Counted from the first letter of the stretch, positions 51,090 to 63,200 are shown. The stretch: DNA of 64,000 nt from Tubulanus polymorphus (GCF_964204645.1 NC_134029.1:12860850-12924849); one strand, 5' to 3'. The notes: a model not told the origin generated them from the letters alone. Translations and numbers: made by a program.

Positions 51090-52720
51090 TAAGTATGGGC
51101 TTGCCATTTCATGATTTTAAACAAGTGCTAGATGACCCGGAGGTAGCAACGCGACTATGGGTGGATTTGGCACCTGAACGTATCTGGATCCACGCCACCC
51201 ATTGCCAGGAAGAAGCGTCTGAACTACCTGTTTGGGTGAGGTCATCCGAAACTAGATGCTCACTGAGAAAGGACAGGTCTGTCACAGTGCGTAAGCCTCC
51301 CGAGGCCTTGAGCACTGTAAACAGTCTCGAGTTCCAGCCCAGAGAGGACTCCTCCGGTATCTGCTAACATGTTGTAGTAATAGTGTACATGTTCAATTTG
51401 TTAACAATCATTTAATCTCAATTCATTTACTGTTGAAGGGAGCACATTTCTCCAATTTGGCTGTGTAATTTTGAGGTTCTGGACGATCTCTTCCCATCGG
51501 CTGGATTTCCCTAATCAGCGAAGATCTTGCTGCCAGAATCATGTTGATTTGAGCCTTGACAGCCAGTAAAATCACACGAGTCACTGACCTAGGAACTAGA
51601 TAATTCTATTCATACAGGGTCCATCGGATGTTCTTAACCCGTCGATAGGTGGCTCAGCCAGAGAGAAACTTTCCCGGCTCGGTGGCCCGACTCCAGCGGC
51701 GGATAGGTAAACCCAGTCAGCCGGTCCTGGACCCGTATTTATCAATACACATCAACTCGGCTGCCACCACAGATGACTCGCCAAGAGCGTGAGCATCCTC
51801 CTTGGAGGCGGTATCTGAAGCCATACACTCAGCCTGTTCCGCGGACTTACGAGGTTTAGGCATGGTGGCGCCATGTTTGCATAAAACCTTTTGAATGAGC
51901 GTGTAGAACGGACTATCCGCCAGTGCTGAAAAGTTGAAACTGGTAGCGAACGAGCCCGAAGGCGGTCGGTCAAACGTTAATGGTGAACAGGAAGTGGTCA
52001 ATTCGGATGGTGGAATCCAAGGCGACGACTCCCTGGAACCCGGATGCGTGATGGGACCTGCCTACAAGAAAATTCGTCGAAATGCTTGCGGTCAGGATCC
52101 GCATGGGTAACATCCCTGGGACTGGAGTTCTCTGACTCGGAAGACAGAGAGCGAGGGGCTCCAGAGCCAGTCGGGTTGAGGCGACCCTTTGCCGACTCTA
52201 ACAGTCCCCTCAGTTCTGCCTGAAAGGCCTTAAAATCCTCTGCCTAATCTTACTTGGATGAGGATGTAGTCTGCTCAGGAGACAAGGAGCTCCTGCGACA
52301 GCTCCTGTACGGACCGTGAGGACGCTCTGCTTGACCTCGAGGAGCTGGACCGGGAGCATGGCCTTCTCGGATGGTAACGGTCGTAATTCCTCCGACTGGA
52401 TGAGGTCGAAGAAGACGACGATGGAGACTGTCTCCTACGACATGCTCCAGGGGAGCGACGAACGGGCGAGCAAGCTCTTGGCCCGGCTGGGCAACTTGAC
52501 ATGATATCAGACGATGCATGGGCAACCGGAGCTGGAGACGAGAGCGGCACAGACTTGGGCACTGGCTCTGTTTACTACTGGTATCTAGTACCGTAGTCGC
52601 GAGAGTGACGGGAGGTGGATGGCTGGATTTCTTATGAGAATTCCATGAGGGATCGCCGCCCTGCTCCCCTACCGATGGACGGCCAGTAGGAGAAGAGCAA
52701 AGACAACCATTGACTTGCCT
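51090..52720 (-). pseudogene. Degenerate DIRS-like (tyrosine recombinase retrotransposon) relic
   Basis: GC-richer segment; Ser/Arg-rich ORF1-like pieces (52275-52562, 51717-52001); SDASSWQW resembles the DIRS RNaseH TDAS..GWG motif. Confidence 0.4.
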
Positions 52721-52767
52721 TTCGCATTGAACTTAGTTAAACTGCCGAATAACTTTAGTTACCCCCT

Positions 52768-53550
52768 GTGGGTTTAGAAGGCTTACGTAGGAAACTAAGC
52801 ATAAATGAACAGTTCCGGGATCACTACCGAACTTTCATGTCGATGGCAATCAAGTCAGGTTACGCCGAACTGGTACCCCCAGATAGCGTAATAACCAACG
52901 GCCACGTATGGTATCTACCCCATCACTGTGTCTGTCACCCGAGAAACCACACAAGATTCATGTCGTTATCGATGCCTCGGCGTAGTTCAACGGATTGTCG
53001 TTGAACTACGTACTGTTACAAGGGCCCAACCATATGAAAATTCTTGTTTGTATATTGCATCGGTTTCGGGAGGGTGAAGTACCACTGAAAGCTGATATAG
53101 AAAGGATGTTCTTTCAAGTTAGGGTACCACCAAAAGATCGCCACTGCCTACGTTTCTTGTGGTGGACCAATGTGACAAAAGAACAAGGGTGCTACCATAT
53201 GACTGTTCACTTATTCGGAGCTGTCTCATCACCAAGCTGCGCAAACATGCCCTTGCCTCAAACGGCTATCGATAGTGCTGATGATTTCGCCTACGAAGTG
53301 GTATGAACCATAAGTCGTAACTTCTACGTCAATGACTGCTTGAAGTGTCCTGCTGACCCCGCAAAATCTGTCAGTCTTACGTTTGAGTTTATGAAGAGTT
53401 TATGCAAACACGGAGGGTTCAACTTGAATCAGTGTTAAGATATCTCCGTCTTATCTGCACTACCGGAGAACAACCAGGCTCACGAGATGAACCCGACAGA
53501 CATAGGAGTAACCCTGAATGCCAAGTAATGACAGCTTCAGTTTCAAGGGG
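52768..53550 (+). pseudogene. BEL/Pao RT fragment, heavily degenerate
   Basis: WYLPHH, LLQGPN, ADIERMFFQV, LRFLWW, HLFGAVSSPSCAN; no LTRs. Confidence 0.85.
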
Positions 53551-53559
53551 GTCCTGCTA

Positions 53560-53712
53560 AAGTACGAAACTACGAAATATGAAACGCAATAACGAAATAT
53601 GGAGCGAAATAACGAAACAAAAGAAATTACGAAATACGAAACCAAATTACGAAATTACAAAATGGAAATTCTTTTGCCAGTAGTGCTAAAATACGAACCG
53701 AAATACGAAACG
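53560..53712 (+). repeat. Degenerate short repeat (aaatacg/aaacg units)
   Basis: Visible low-complexity array. Confidence 0.7.
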
Positions 53713-53950
53713 AAAAGGTCACATTTCAAACACACGCCCATACTATGGTCAAAGCTCGTTATAACGAATTTTTTGTGAAAGTTCCTATAAATGTTATAAT
53801 TTTCTTTTCTTTTTTTGAGGGAGTATTCATTGAGTAGAAGTATTCTTGGGAATTCCCCACTCTCGGTTTTTCACTTCGTCAATACGACGGTACATCGTCA
53901 TTGGAGCTCCTCTGATGAATGCTGGTGAATTTTGCCATGGATCTACAGGG

Positions 53951-54079
53951 AGGGGATCATTCATAGAAGTATGTACATAAGGGGGGGCGTTATGGAAAAC
54001 CGTACAGAGAGCGTACATGGGGAGGGGTGGGGTTAAAAATACCCGGAAGTAAAGCGTACGTACTTTATGCACGGCCCCT
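53951..54079. mobile_element. Short MITE with degenerate AGGGG..CATA.AGTA.GTAC TIRs
   Basis: aggggatcattcatagaagtatgtac versus gtacgtactttatgcacggcccct. Confidence 0.55.
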
Positions 54080-54107
54080 CTCAAGCGTCACTAGCCCGAC
54101 CGATATA

Positions 54108-54639
54108 CAGTCAACCCCGCATAAGTCGTAGCCCTCGGGACTGACGATTTTGCGACGACTTACGTGATGTACGAGTTATGTGTAAGTCATATTTTTACGA
54201 GTTATCTGTAAGTCGTGGTTTTATACGAATTCCGCGAATAACCCGTGAAAATACGATATATACGATTCTCAAGTTCCAGCGTGGTTAGTCCCCGGCCCAG
54301 TCGTATCCCGAGCTGACCGTGCAGGTCCTATATATCGTGCCCTACCACAAGAAAGTTACATTGTAACAGTCTAAACACTTACACAGACAATATTGTAGCG
54401 TATTTCTGATTTATCCGTTGCCGGCATATCGGGCTACGACTTACGCGAGGTATTTTGAATGAAATCAGAAGATTTGGAATTTATAATTGATACGACTTAC
54501 GTGAAAATACGACTTATAAAGAACGAGTTATAAGCATTATTTTATAAGGTTTAAAGAAGAAAAACATCGGGACAAAAATAATAATACGAGAGATGTGATG
54601 ATACGACTAATTCGATGACGACTTATGCGGGGTTGACTG
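54108..54639. mobile_element. Tc1/mariner-type MITE, 532 bp, TA TSD
   Basis: Perfect 22-bp TIR CAGTCAACCCCGCATAAGTCGT flanked by TA on both sides; internal acgactta repeats. Confidence 0.92.
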
Positions 54640-55015
54640 TAGCAGAAAGGAAAGGCAAGCGCTTCACGCGACACCGAGCTCGTAACCGCGATAGGATTAT
54701 CCCGTTCTTGGACACGGGCCGACATATCTGAACCTGTCTAGTATCGATCATTTAGCTCAGAAAAAATTAATGTACAGGGTAGATTAGCGGCCGGTCGGGT
54801 CAACTTATAAGCTCCTCAGCAGAGGAGAAACGAGGTATCAATTTTTTAGCCTAAACACTGCAGGATATATTTTAAGGCACACTTCGTTCTCTAACCCGTA
54901 ATTTATTTATCGCTACCTTCCAGTTGTATATGAGCATGCGCAGATCATTCTCCCTGATGGCATCGCTAAACTCAGTCGCGGCACGGAACCCTGCCACCCT
55001 AGACCGGGTGCGCAT

Positions 55016-55361
55016 GAGTAATAGGGGTAATGGGCTTTCAGGCCAAAGGTCGAAGGGTCGAGCTCATTAAAAAATGAAAAATATGAAAATAATAACAATT
55101 TCTACTTGAATTAGTCGCGAAACTCATAAAAAATGAAAAATAATTCTCACACACTTGAATTTATTTTTCATTTTTACTCGCTAGAAAAAAGTGTGAGTAA
55201 AGTGTGAGTGAAATAAATTCGAGCGTGTGAGAATTATTTTTCATTTTTTATGAGTTTCACTCCTAATTCAAGTAGAAATTGTTATTATTTTCATATTTTT
55301 CATTTTTTAATGAACTCGACCATACAACCTTTAACCTGAAAGCCCATTACCCCTATTACTC
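55016..55361. repeat. 346-bp foldback palindrome with GAG...CTC termini (Sola3-like MITE or terminal hairpin)
   Basis: gagtaataggggtaatgggctttcagg / cctgaaagcccattacccctattactc; arms about 150 bp; TTAA on the right flank only. Confidence 0.85.
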
Positions 55362-55480
55362 TTAAAATATTCATATACATGAATAAAATATATATGAATA
55401 ACATATAAATTGATAGATTATTCAATATAAAAGTTTGAGTGAAATAATTCATATTTAAAACATTGAATATTTATATTTGA

Positions 55481-56131
55481 ATGAGTTTTAATAAAAGTTT
55501 TGTTATTAAAATGAAGACAGAAGAAGAAGAACCCAACTTTAAAATCGAAATAAAAGAAACCAATAAATCATTTTCATTATTTAACATTAAAAATTATATT
55601 TCAGCAACAAATTTAGTGTCCGCAAGGTATTATAAAATTGATGACATTACTATGATTAATCAAATATCATCAAATGGAACATATTTAATTACTGAACTAG
55701 TAGATACTTTTGATAATGGCGTTAAAAATCCTAAAATATTCAATACAGTTTTAAATTTTAAAGGAACTTTAGATGAAAACATAATAAATATACTTCAAAC
55801 CCCTTTCAATGAAAGAAATGATGATATAATACTTTCAAAAGATCATAATGATTTGATTAACTTAAGAATTGAAAAAAAACAATTATATTATTTCAATTTT
55901 GATAATAAACAAATTATCTATAATGAAAATTCATCAAATATTGGAATTCAATGTGAATTAGATAATGAAAAATCATTTAAAGATATTGCAGTTCAATGTA
56001 ATTTAGATGATGAATTTAGAAAATTCAATCCTAATGAAAAAGTGCATTGTTATTGCGGAGGTAAATACTTAAAATCACATAAATCAAAGCATTATGAAAC
56101 AATTAAACATAAAAACTGGCGTAAAGAGTAA
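55481..56131 (+). CDS. AT-rich intronless hypothetical protein with C-terminal CxC..H..H zinc finger (virus/Polinton-like)
   Basis: 216-aa ORF in very AT-rich DNA; KVHCYCGGKYLKSHKSKHYETIKH. Confidence 0.6.
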   Translation: MSFNKSFVIKMKTEEEEPNFKIEIKETNKSFSLFNIKNYISATNLVSARYYKIDDITMINQISSNGTYLITELVDTFDNGVKNPKIFNTVLNFKGTLDENIINILQTPFNERNDDIILSKDHNDLINLRIEKKQLYYFNFDNKQIIYNENSSNIGIQCELDNEKSFKDIAVQCNLDDEFRKFNPNEKVHCYCGGKYLKSHKSKHYETIKHKNWRKE

Positions 56132-56183
56132 CAATTCTACATTATAATTATTGAATTGAGTAAAATGATTTAAATATCTAATA

Positions 56184-56727
56184 GACTGTTAAAATGATAA
56201 ATTGTTTGACAGTTGAAATGATAAATTGTTTGACAGTTGAAATGATAAATTGTTTGACAGTTGAAATGATAAATTGTTTGACAGCTGAAATGATAAATTG
56301 TTTGACAGCTGAAATGATAAATTGTTTGACAGTTGAAATGATAAATTGTTTGACAGTTGAAATGATAAATTGTTTGACAGTTGAAATGATAAATTGTTTG
56401 ACAGTTGAAATGATAAATTGTTAGACAGTTGAAATGATAAATTGTTTGACAGTTGAAATGATAAATTGTTTGACAGTTAAAATGATAAATTGTTCGACTG
56501 TTGAAATGATAAGACAGTTGAAATGATAAATTGTTTGACAGTTGAAATGATAAATTGTTTGACAGTTGAAATGATAAATTGTTTGACAGTTAAAATGATA
56601 AATTGTTCGACTGTTGAAATGATAAGACAGTTGAAATGATAAATTGTTTGACAGTTGAAATGATAAATTGTTCGACAGTTGAAATGATAAATTGTTTGAC
56701 AGTTGAAATGATAAATTGTTCGACTGT
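56184..56727 (+). repeat. 24-bp tandem repeat (gacagttgaaatgataaattgttt), about 23 copies
   Basis: Visible; two units are shortened. Confidence 0.97.
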
Positions 56728-57038
56728 ATGTTTTAATTCATTCAAGTATGATATTGTAAATTCTTTACATTTGACTAGGATAATACAAGAGTGATATTAG
56801 TTAGTTGGCTTATTCAATAAGAGAAACAATGAAATAATACAAGAGTGATACTAACAGTTAAAGTTATTGAATTTCTTGTTAAATCTATTTGAATTCTAGT
56901 CAATTCTTGTTAACCAATAGCGCGAATAGAAATCAAAAAGATTTAAATAAAAAAGCAATAAGTTACTTTATCTAATACTAACTTATTTAACTTATTGTTT
57001 TTTTATTTAAATCTTTTTGATTTCTATTTCTTCGATTT

Positions 57039-57175
57039 GGTTTGAAGTATATTTATTATGTTTTCATCTAAAGTTCCTTTAAAATTTAAAACTGTATTGA
57101 ATATTTTAGGATTTTTAACGCCATTATCAAAAGTATCTACTAGTTCAGTAATTAAATATGTTTCATTTGATGATA
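57039..57175 (-). repeat. 137-bp inverted duplicate of 55665-55801, abutting a hairpin at 56925-57028
   Basis: Reverse complement match with one mismatch. Confidence 0.92.
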
Positions 57176-57665
57176 CACGAGTGTACAAGCTTTCAGCTGA
57201 ATTTAACCTTGACCCTTGACAGTGGCGTACGTGCGCGTCCTTAGTTACCGTGCGTGAACTTGCTGATTATATTTTTGCGCTGCGCTGTGTGTCATAATAT
57301 GAATTTTCAATCATTGTTCTAAATCTTTAACAGATATTCATTCAGGAAATATGTTTTTGTGGTTTTTAGATTGATAAAATCATATTTCATTATAAAAATA
57401 CGCAGTGGTCCTCCTGGTGGTGATTTTCCTAAAATGGCCGCCGTCGGCGATGTTTTCAATAATTTTTGACGTCAAATTCAAAGATTTTACAGGATAACAC
57501 TGGATTATGTGCATACGATATCATATTTGATATTGGCAACAGATGAAGGAAGATAACGATGGCTTAATTGGTGTAAATGCGTACGATAGATGCTGTATTT
57601 GCCTCTGAAATGCAATATTTCTGTTCTATTTCCGGGTTCTCGAGTCGACTGCCCAGCTGACAGTA

Positions 57666-58513
57666 TAGTTAGTTACCTAATCGTTGGTGGTAAGCTTTTT
57701 ATAATCGGATGGGCTTATACCAACGTTAGGGATGACAAGGACCAAAACACGGTTGAAAAAAGTAACACTTCAAAAATATACTTTCTATTCACTTCAGTCC
57801 ACAATTAATGGCTTAATTCACAAACTAACACAGGTACCTTTCGAAATAATCCAATTTTATGTATGTTTCGAGTGATTAATCAACATTATTTTGAGAAATT
57901 AATTAATTTCTCCACAAATTTCGCCATTGGCCGCCATTTCTCTGTATTGCACATGTGGCATGATAAGACAAGGGGACCTACAAGGATTTATATAAAACTT
58001 CCAAGACGAAACGACAATTTTTATTTTTGATGGTTTTCCAACTTTTATTTCAAGTCTTCGTGTTTTCCATAATAAATAATGAAATAATAAATTTCTGGTA
58101 AAAGAAAAATGTGAATAAGTGTTGATTTTTTAATTTTTTTAAATTTCGTCGTTTCGCTTTGTTAGTTTGTGCTGTTGTCCTGGCCTCAGTCCACAGGTGC
58201 CAGCACCTCCAGTAATTTTCAAAATGGCAGCTGTTGACTGGACGGAAATTTACTCTCACTTTACGGCCGATTTGCACATGGATTAAGATCGTCAGGTGAG
58301 GTGTTATAGGTATCAGACAAACTACGAATCTGTTGTGCGTCGATTACAACAAAAATGAGACAGATATCTTAAGAGACAATGAAATGCCAGGCAAATTACT
58401 CGTCAGTCAAATTGGCTGACGAAGATTTCATACAAAAATGACCTTCCCATTCCTGACTGTGGTTTGTGAAAATATCCGATCGTGAAACTAAACCACAGTC
58501 AGGTTACTGACTA
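57666..58513. mobile_element. 848-bp non-autonomous TAG/hairpin element with 9-bp TSD
   Basis: TSD CTGACAGTA at 57657-57665 and 58514-58522; termini TAGTTAGTTACC / GGTTACTGACTA; left hairpin cctaatcgttggt..accaacgttagg, right hairpin cctgactgtggttt..aaaccacagtcagg. Confidence 0.88.
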
Positions 58514-59147
58514 CTGACAGTAAGTACTGCTGATACGTGTGTAGGCTTTTAGTTGACTTTGTAGCTTACCAAAACCACCTGAACCATTACTTTACGCAAA
58601 ATGATAAATAGGTATGGTAGATTCTCTTTGTATAATGGCAGATAATTCGACATTCAATAGTAAAATGATACTCGAAAGACCTCCTGTCCTGGAGGACTGG
58701 ACCTGGTGTAGTAGCCGTAGGTCACCGCAGCTCCACAATACTAAAAAGTTCATGCTGATACTTTGAAATGAAAAGGCCTAATGCACCGAAGCTGTTTCGG
58801 CAGAATATGTGAAATGAATTTTTATCCGAATATAGGTCTATTGCAGACTGTACCAGGACTGAACTCAGATTGGCTATGCCGTAAAGACTTTCCAGTCGAA
58901 AATAAGTGGACCAGAATTTCATGTTTTAAGAAAAGGATGGAATTCACCAACAGGAAAGATGATTTGGCTGATAATGTGGCTGTGGCCACAGTTATATCTC
59001 GGTAAGTCAATATCTCATAGGCCTACGAACAGACGTAAGCACGAAATTCTGATTTTTTAATCTCCCTGCCCCATGTACGAAGTAATAACTGGTAAGCAGA
59101 TTATATCTTAATTGTTTACTTTATTCGTATAGGACTATAGGCTACGG

Positions 59148-60229
59148 CTGACAGTAGAGCGAGCGGGAGGGAATAAACCCGAACATAACTCTATGGTTTA
59201 AAAACCATAAAGTTGCCCATTTCCCATCCACTTCTCTACTGTCAGACAAACAGATAGATAGACAGACATAGACAGACATAGATAGACAGAATACATTAAT
59301 AGTTAATAGACTGACAGTAGAGCGAGCGGGAGGGAATAAACCCGAACATAACTGTATGGTTTAAAAACCATAAAGTTGCCCATTTCCCATCCACTTCTCT
59401 ACTGTCAGACAAACAGATAGATAGACAGACAGACAGACAGACATAGATAGACAGAATACATTAATAGTTAATAGACTGACAGTAGAGCGAGCGGGAGGGA
59501 ATAAACCCGAACATAACTCTATGTTTTAAAAACCATAAAGTTGCCCATTTCCCATCCACTTCTCTACTGTCAGACAAACAGATATATAGACAGACATAGA
59601 CAGACATAGATAGACAGAATACATTAATAGTTAATAGACTGACAGTAGAGCGAGCGGGAGGGAATAAACCCGAACATAACTCTATGGTTTAAAAACCATA
59701 AAGTTGCCCATTTCCCATCCACTTCTCTACTGTCAGACAAACAGATAGATAGACAGACAGACAGACAGACATAGATAGACAGAATACATTAATAGTTAAT
59801 AGACTGACAGTAGAGCGAGCGGGAGGGAATAAACCCGAACATAACTCTATGTTTTAAAAACCATAAAGTTGCCCATTTCCCATCCACTTCTCTACTGTCA
59901 GACAAACAGATAGATAGACAGACAGACAGACAGACATAGATAGACAGAATACATTAATAGTTAATAGGCTGACAGTAGAGCGAGCGGGAGGGAATAAACC
60001 CGAACATAACTTTATGGTTAAAAAACCATAAAGTTGCCCATTTCCCATCCACTTCTCTACTGTCAGACAAACAGATAGATAGACAGACATAGACAGACAT
60101 AGATATACAGAATACATTAATAGTTAATAGACTGACAGTAGAGCGAGCGGGAGGGAATAAACCCGAACATAACTCTATGGTTTAAAAACCATAAAGTTGC
60201 CCATTTCCCATCCACTTCTCTACTGTCAG
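59148..60229. repeat. Tandem array of 163/165-bp units: 98-bp palindromic core plus GACA/GATA microsatellite (7 cores)
   Basis: Cores start at 59148, 59311, 59476, 59639, 59804, 59969, 60132, each bounded by ctgacagtagag / ctctactgtcag. Confidence 0.95.
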
Positions 60230-60233
60230 ACAT

Positions 60234-63200
60234 CACGGTGAAAATATTACTATCACTCCGAAAATGCACATAACAAAGTATAGGCCTAGATGTTTGGTAC
60301 TTGATTGAAAATTTAGCTCTTACTACATTTTTGACATTTTCGTTCATTTTGTTTAGTTATAAAAAATCCACCGCACAGACATTTGCGTGGAACAGTTTCG
60401 ATACTTAGCGTTTTCGTAGTATATAGACCCTGATTAATGAAGATTAACTTGGTTCGTAGAATATTGTCCCTTATAGTGCAATAAAGTCGTCCATCTTTAT
60501 TGACACTAGCATGTTTAGATTCCAGTCCTTGTTCGCCAAACATGCCAATTGTCCTCCAGACACGAACAAATTCTGGTACATGATAAATTAGCATGTGCAT
60601 TTTCGGAGTGATGTTTGTGTCCGGAAACGCGTTCGGATACCACATACCGAAATCATCACAAAGCCTACCTAGTTCTTCAACTTCAGAATTTTCAAGGAAA
60701 CGGTTTGCCGTATATAATGTATAGATTGAGTGAAATTTCTCAAACAAAAGTTGGAATAATGACTGAGTAGCTGGGTCAAATTCTAGTGCTTCACATAATT
60801 TACGCGGATTATTGATTCCTTTTGATTCATCGATTTTGAACATTTTATGGATATGATTGCCGACAAAACTATTCGAATGGTAGGCCTGTCGATCAATACC
60901 AATCTCAGATAGGATATTGTTGAGTTTTTTTTGGGTCGGTCCTTGAATACTATTAATTTCTTTGAAAATTTCATTCAGAAGAGATTGTTCCGGGGCTATT
61001 TGTGTTTTCAAAGTTGAGATGTCTTTTTTTAGCTTTGTGATGATGATGTTTTGTTTTTTTATGATAGAATCTGCTGATGGTTTGCGACCAGTAAAACATT
61101 CTATACACCTAAATTCATCAGGATTCGATACGCATTGTTTATGAAAGGGTAAGTTGCAATCTACGCAGTATGTATATTCATTTGGGTTTGCATTTTCAAT
61201 AGAGCGAATGAAGCAGATGGATGCCGTGCAGTCAATTACCGATGAACCTTTACGGTGGGAAATTTTCATGAGATTAAGTAATTGGCTGGATGATTCAAAA
61301 GACAATTGTTTCGATTCGATTTCTAGTCTTAATTTTGAAACTACTTCTGATTGGTCTTGCCATTTTTTGTTTAATTCAGGGTTCGATTCCCTTAAGTTTG
61401 TCTGGTCGTGTTCTTTGCACTTGTTTTCCATCATCTCAAAGAAACGGTGGCCTAATCCTAGGGAAATATGGAGAACTGGAGGAACGAGATGAAGCATGTC
61501 TGATGGTTTGAATAGCATTGATGATGAAATACTCAAGGTTTCTGGGCCGAATGATTGTGGTGATTTTGATGAATTTTCGAGATATGATGCGATAGTACGG
61601 TTTTGATATGGATGGGAAGATGGATTGTGTGGTGTTCTGTTCTTTTTCCTAAGATCTTCAAGTTTTACTTGGCACCATAAACAGGGATAGGTAGCCGAGG
61701 GCCCCTGGTGACCCATGCAGTTACACAGATATGCATAATCCCCAATGAGGAACATCCTAACAGGCAAATCTAATTTTCTATTATCAATCATTGTTGATAT
61801 AGTGATATCATTAGCATCGATTTCATCTTTGAAAATCCCGAATACCGTTCTCATATTCTCAACAATATCAGTGCCTTCAAAATAGCCAATCATTTCGCTG
61901 GCATCTGCACTGTTGTTCCCTTCCCCATTTATAACCGAGTATATCATTTTTGTACTACCCCCTCCCTTGTCAATACCCACTTTGACCCAAACTTCATTGT
62001 GAAAATTTGGATGAAAACTCATTTTCTTTCGGTCAGATAGATTTTGTACAGTTCTTTGAATTTGTAACTTCAAATTGGTCAGAGTTGCATGAGGAGCTGT
62101 CTTTTTTTCATGGGTTCTCGAATTAACTTCTAATTCTGTTTGGCCTACAGTGATATAGGGGGTGAAAGATTTTCCCCTCTGCAAGATCTCTTGTCGGATT
62201 TTGTTTGCAGATGGAAAGATTGGCGTTCCATAGCTTTTTAGAACCCGTTTCAAGTCGAAAAGTCGTCTCATCGGCAGACGCAGAGCAAGTTTTAATTCAA
62301 CAGATTGCGATGCGGTTAATGGTTTGAGTAGATGTAATTGTTGAGAATGGTCTATTGCAGATTTAGATAATTTGGGATTGTGTGATAGAAATGTTGAAAG
62401 CGTGATGCTGCTCTGATATGAATTGATTGGTTTAGCTGATATTGTGTCTAATACATTTTTCATTGTCAATGCTCGAGCTTCTAGAGTTTGGGAACTTGCC
62501 GCTGATGATGGGACATTAGGGATGCTCAATTTGCAAAACTTTTCAGGGCGAGACTTCGTTAAGTGACGAGCATCGAAGATGCTATTCATATTTCCTCCGC
62601 ATATTTCTAATAAGCTTTTATTTCTGATTAGAGATTCATATTGTTCGTATTGCAATATCTGATTTTGTAGGCCTAACTCTTCTAATTTCTGATCTTTAAT
62701 TTTGATTTGCTCTGCTGAATTTACATTTTCTGATTGCAAAACCAATTTCTCACTTTCTATCTGTCTCATTTTCGACTCAAGTAGTTTGATCTTAATTTCT
62801 TGTTTATTTTCAGTTGCAGTGTTCTCCGTTTGACAGCTGCGATCCTCTTTGAAATGATAGGTCGGTACAGATGTTTCAACGTTGGTACTTGGTACATACA
62901 TAACAGGGGACGTAAATGGAGTACTGGTAAATGGAGGCTGAATATTTGATTCTTTTTCGTCAAATGAAGTTTGCGATTGAGGAGAAAACTGGCTAGACAC
63001 ACTTTCACTCAATAGGCTCGTATTTCCCCATTTTGCATTTCCTATTGAATCAATAGATGGTAAAATACAATCAATTTCAATGAATTAATTTTCATGCATA
63101 CGAGTCCCTTCATTTATAAACCAATGTCGATCATTATCAGTTGAAATAAAAGATCAATGGAAGTGTACATATGGTACTAATTAATTTAGTTTTGTTGTTT

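Noticed and set aside
56184-56727. ORF 56194-56424 (MINCLTVE repeats) or CRISPR array
   Set aside because: Pure 24-bp tandem repeat with no spacers; the ORF is a by-product.
5931-58513. 380-bp direct repeats as LTRs of a giant element, or Helitron 3' ends
   Set aside because: No TG..CA ends, PBS or PPT; the second copy is the right end of an element with its own left TIR and 9-bp TSD, which Helitrons do not make.
59148-60229. CRISPR-like repeat-spacer array
   Set aside because: Spacers are near-identical microsatellites, repeats are about 98 bp, no cas genes, eukaryotic context.
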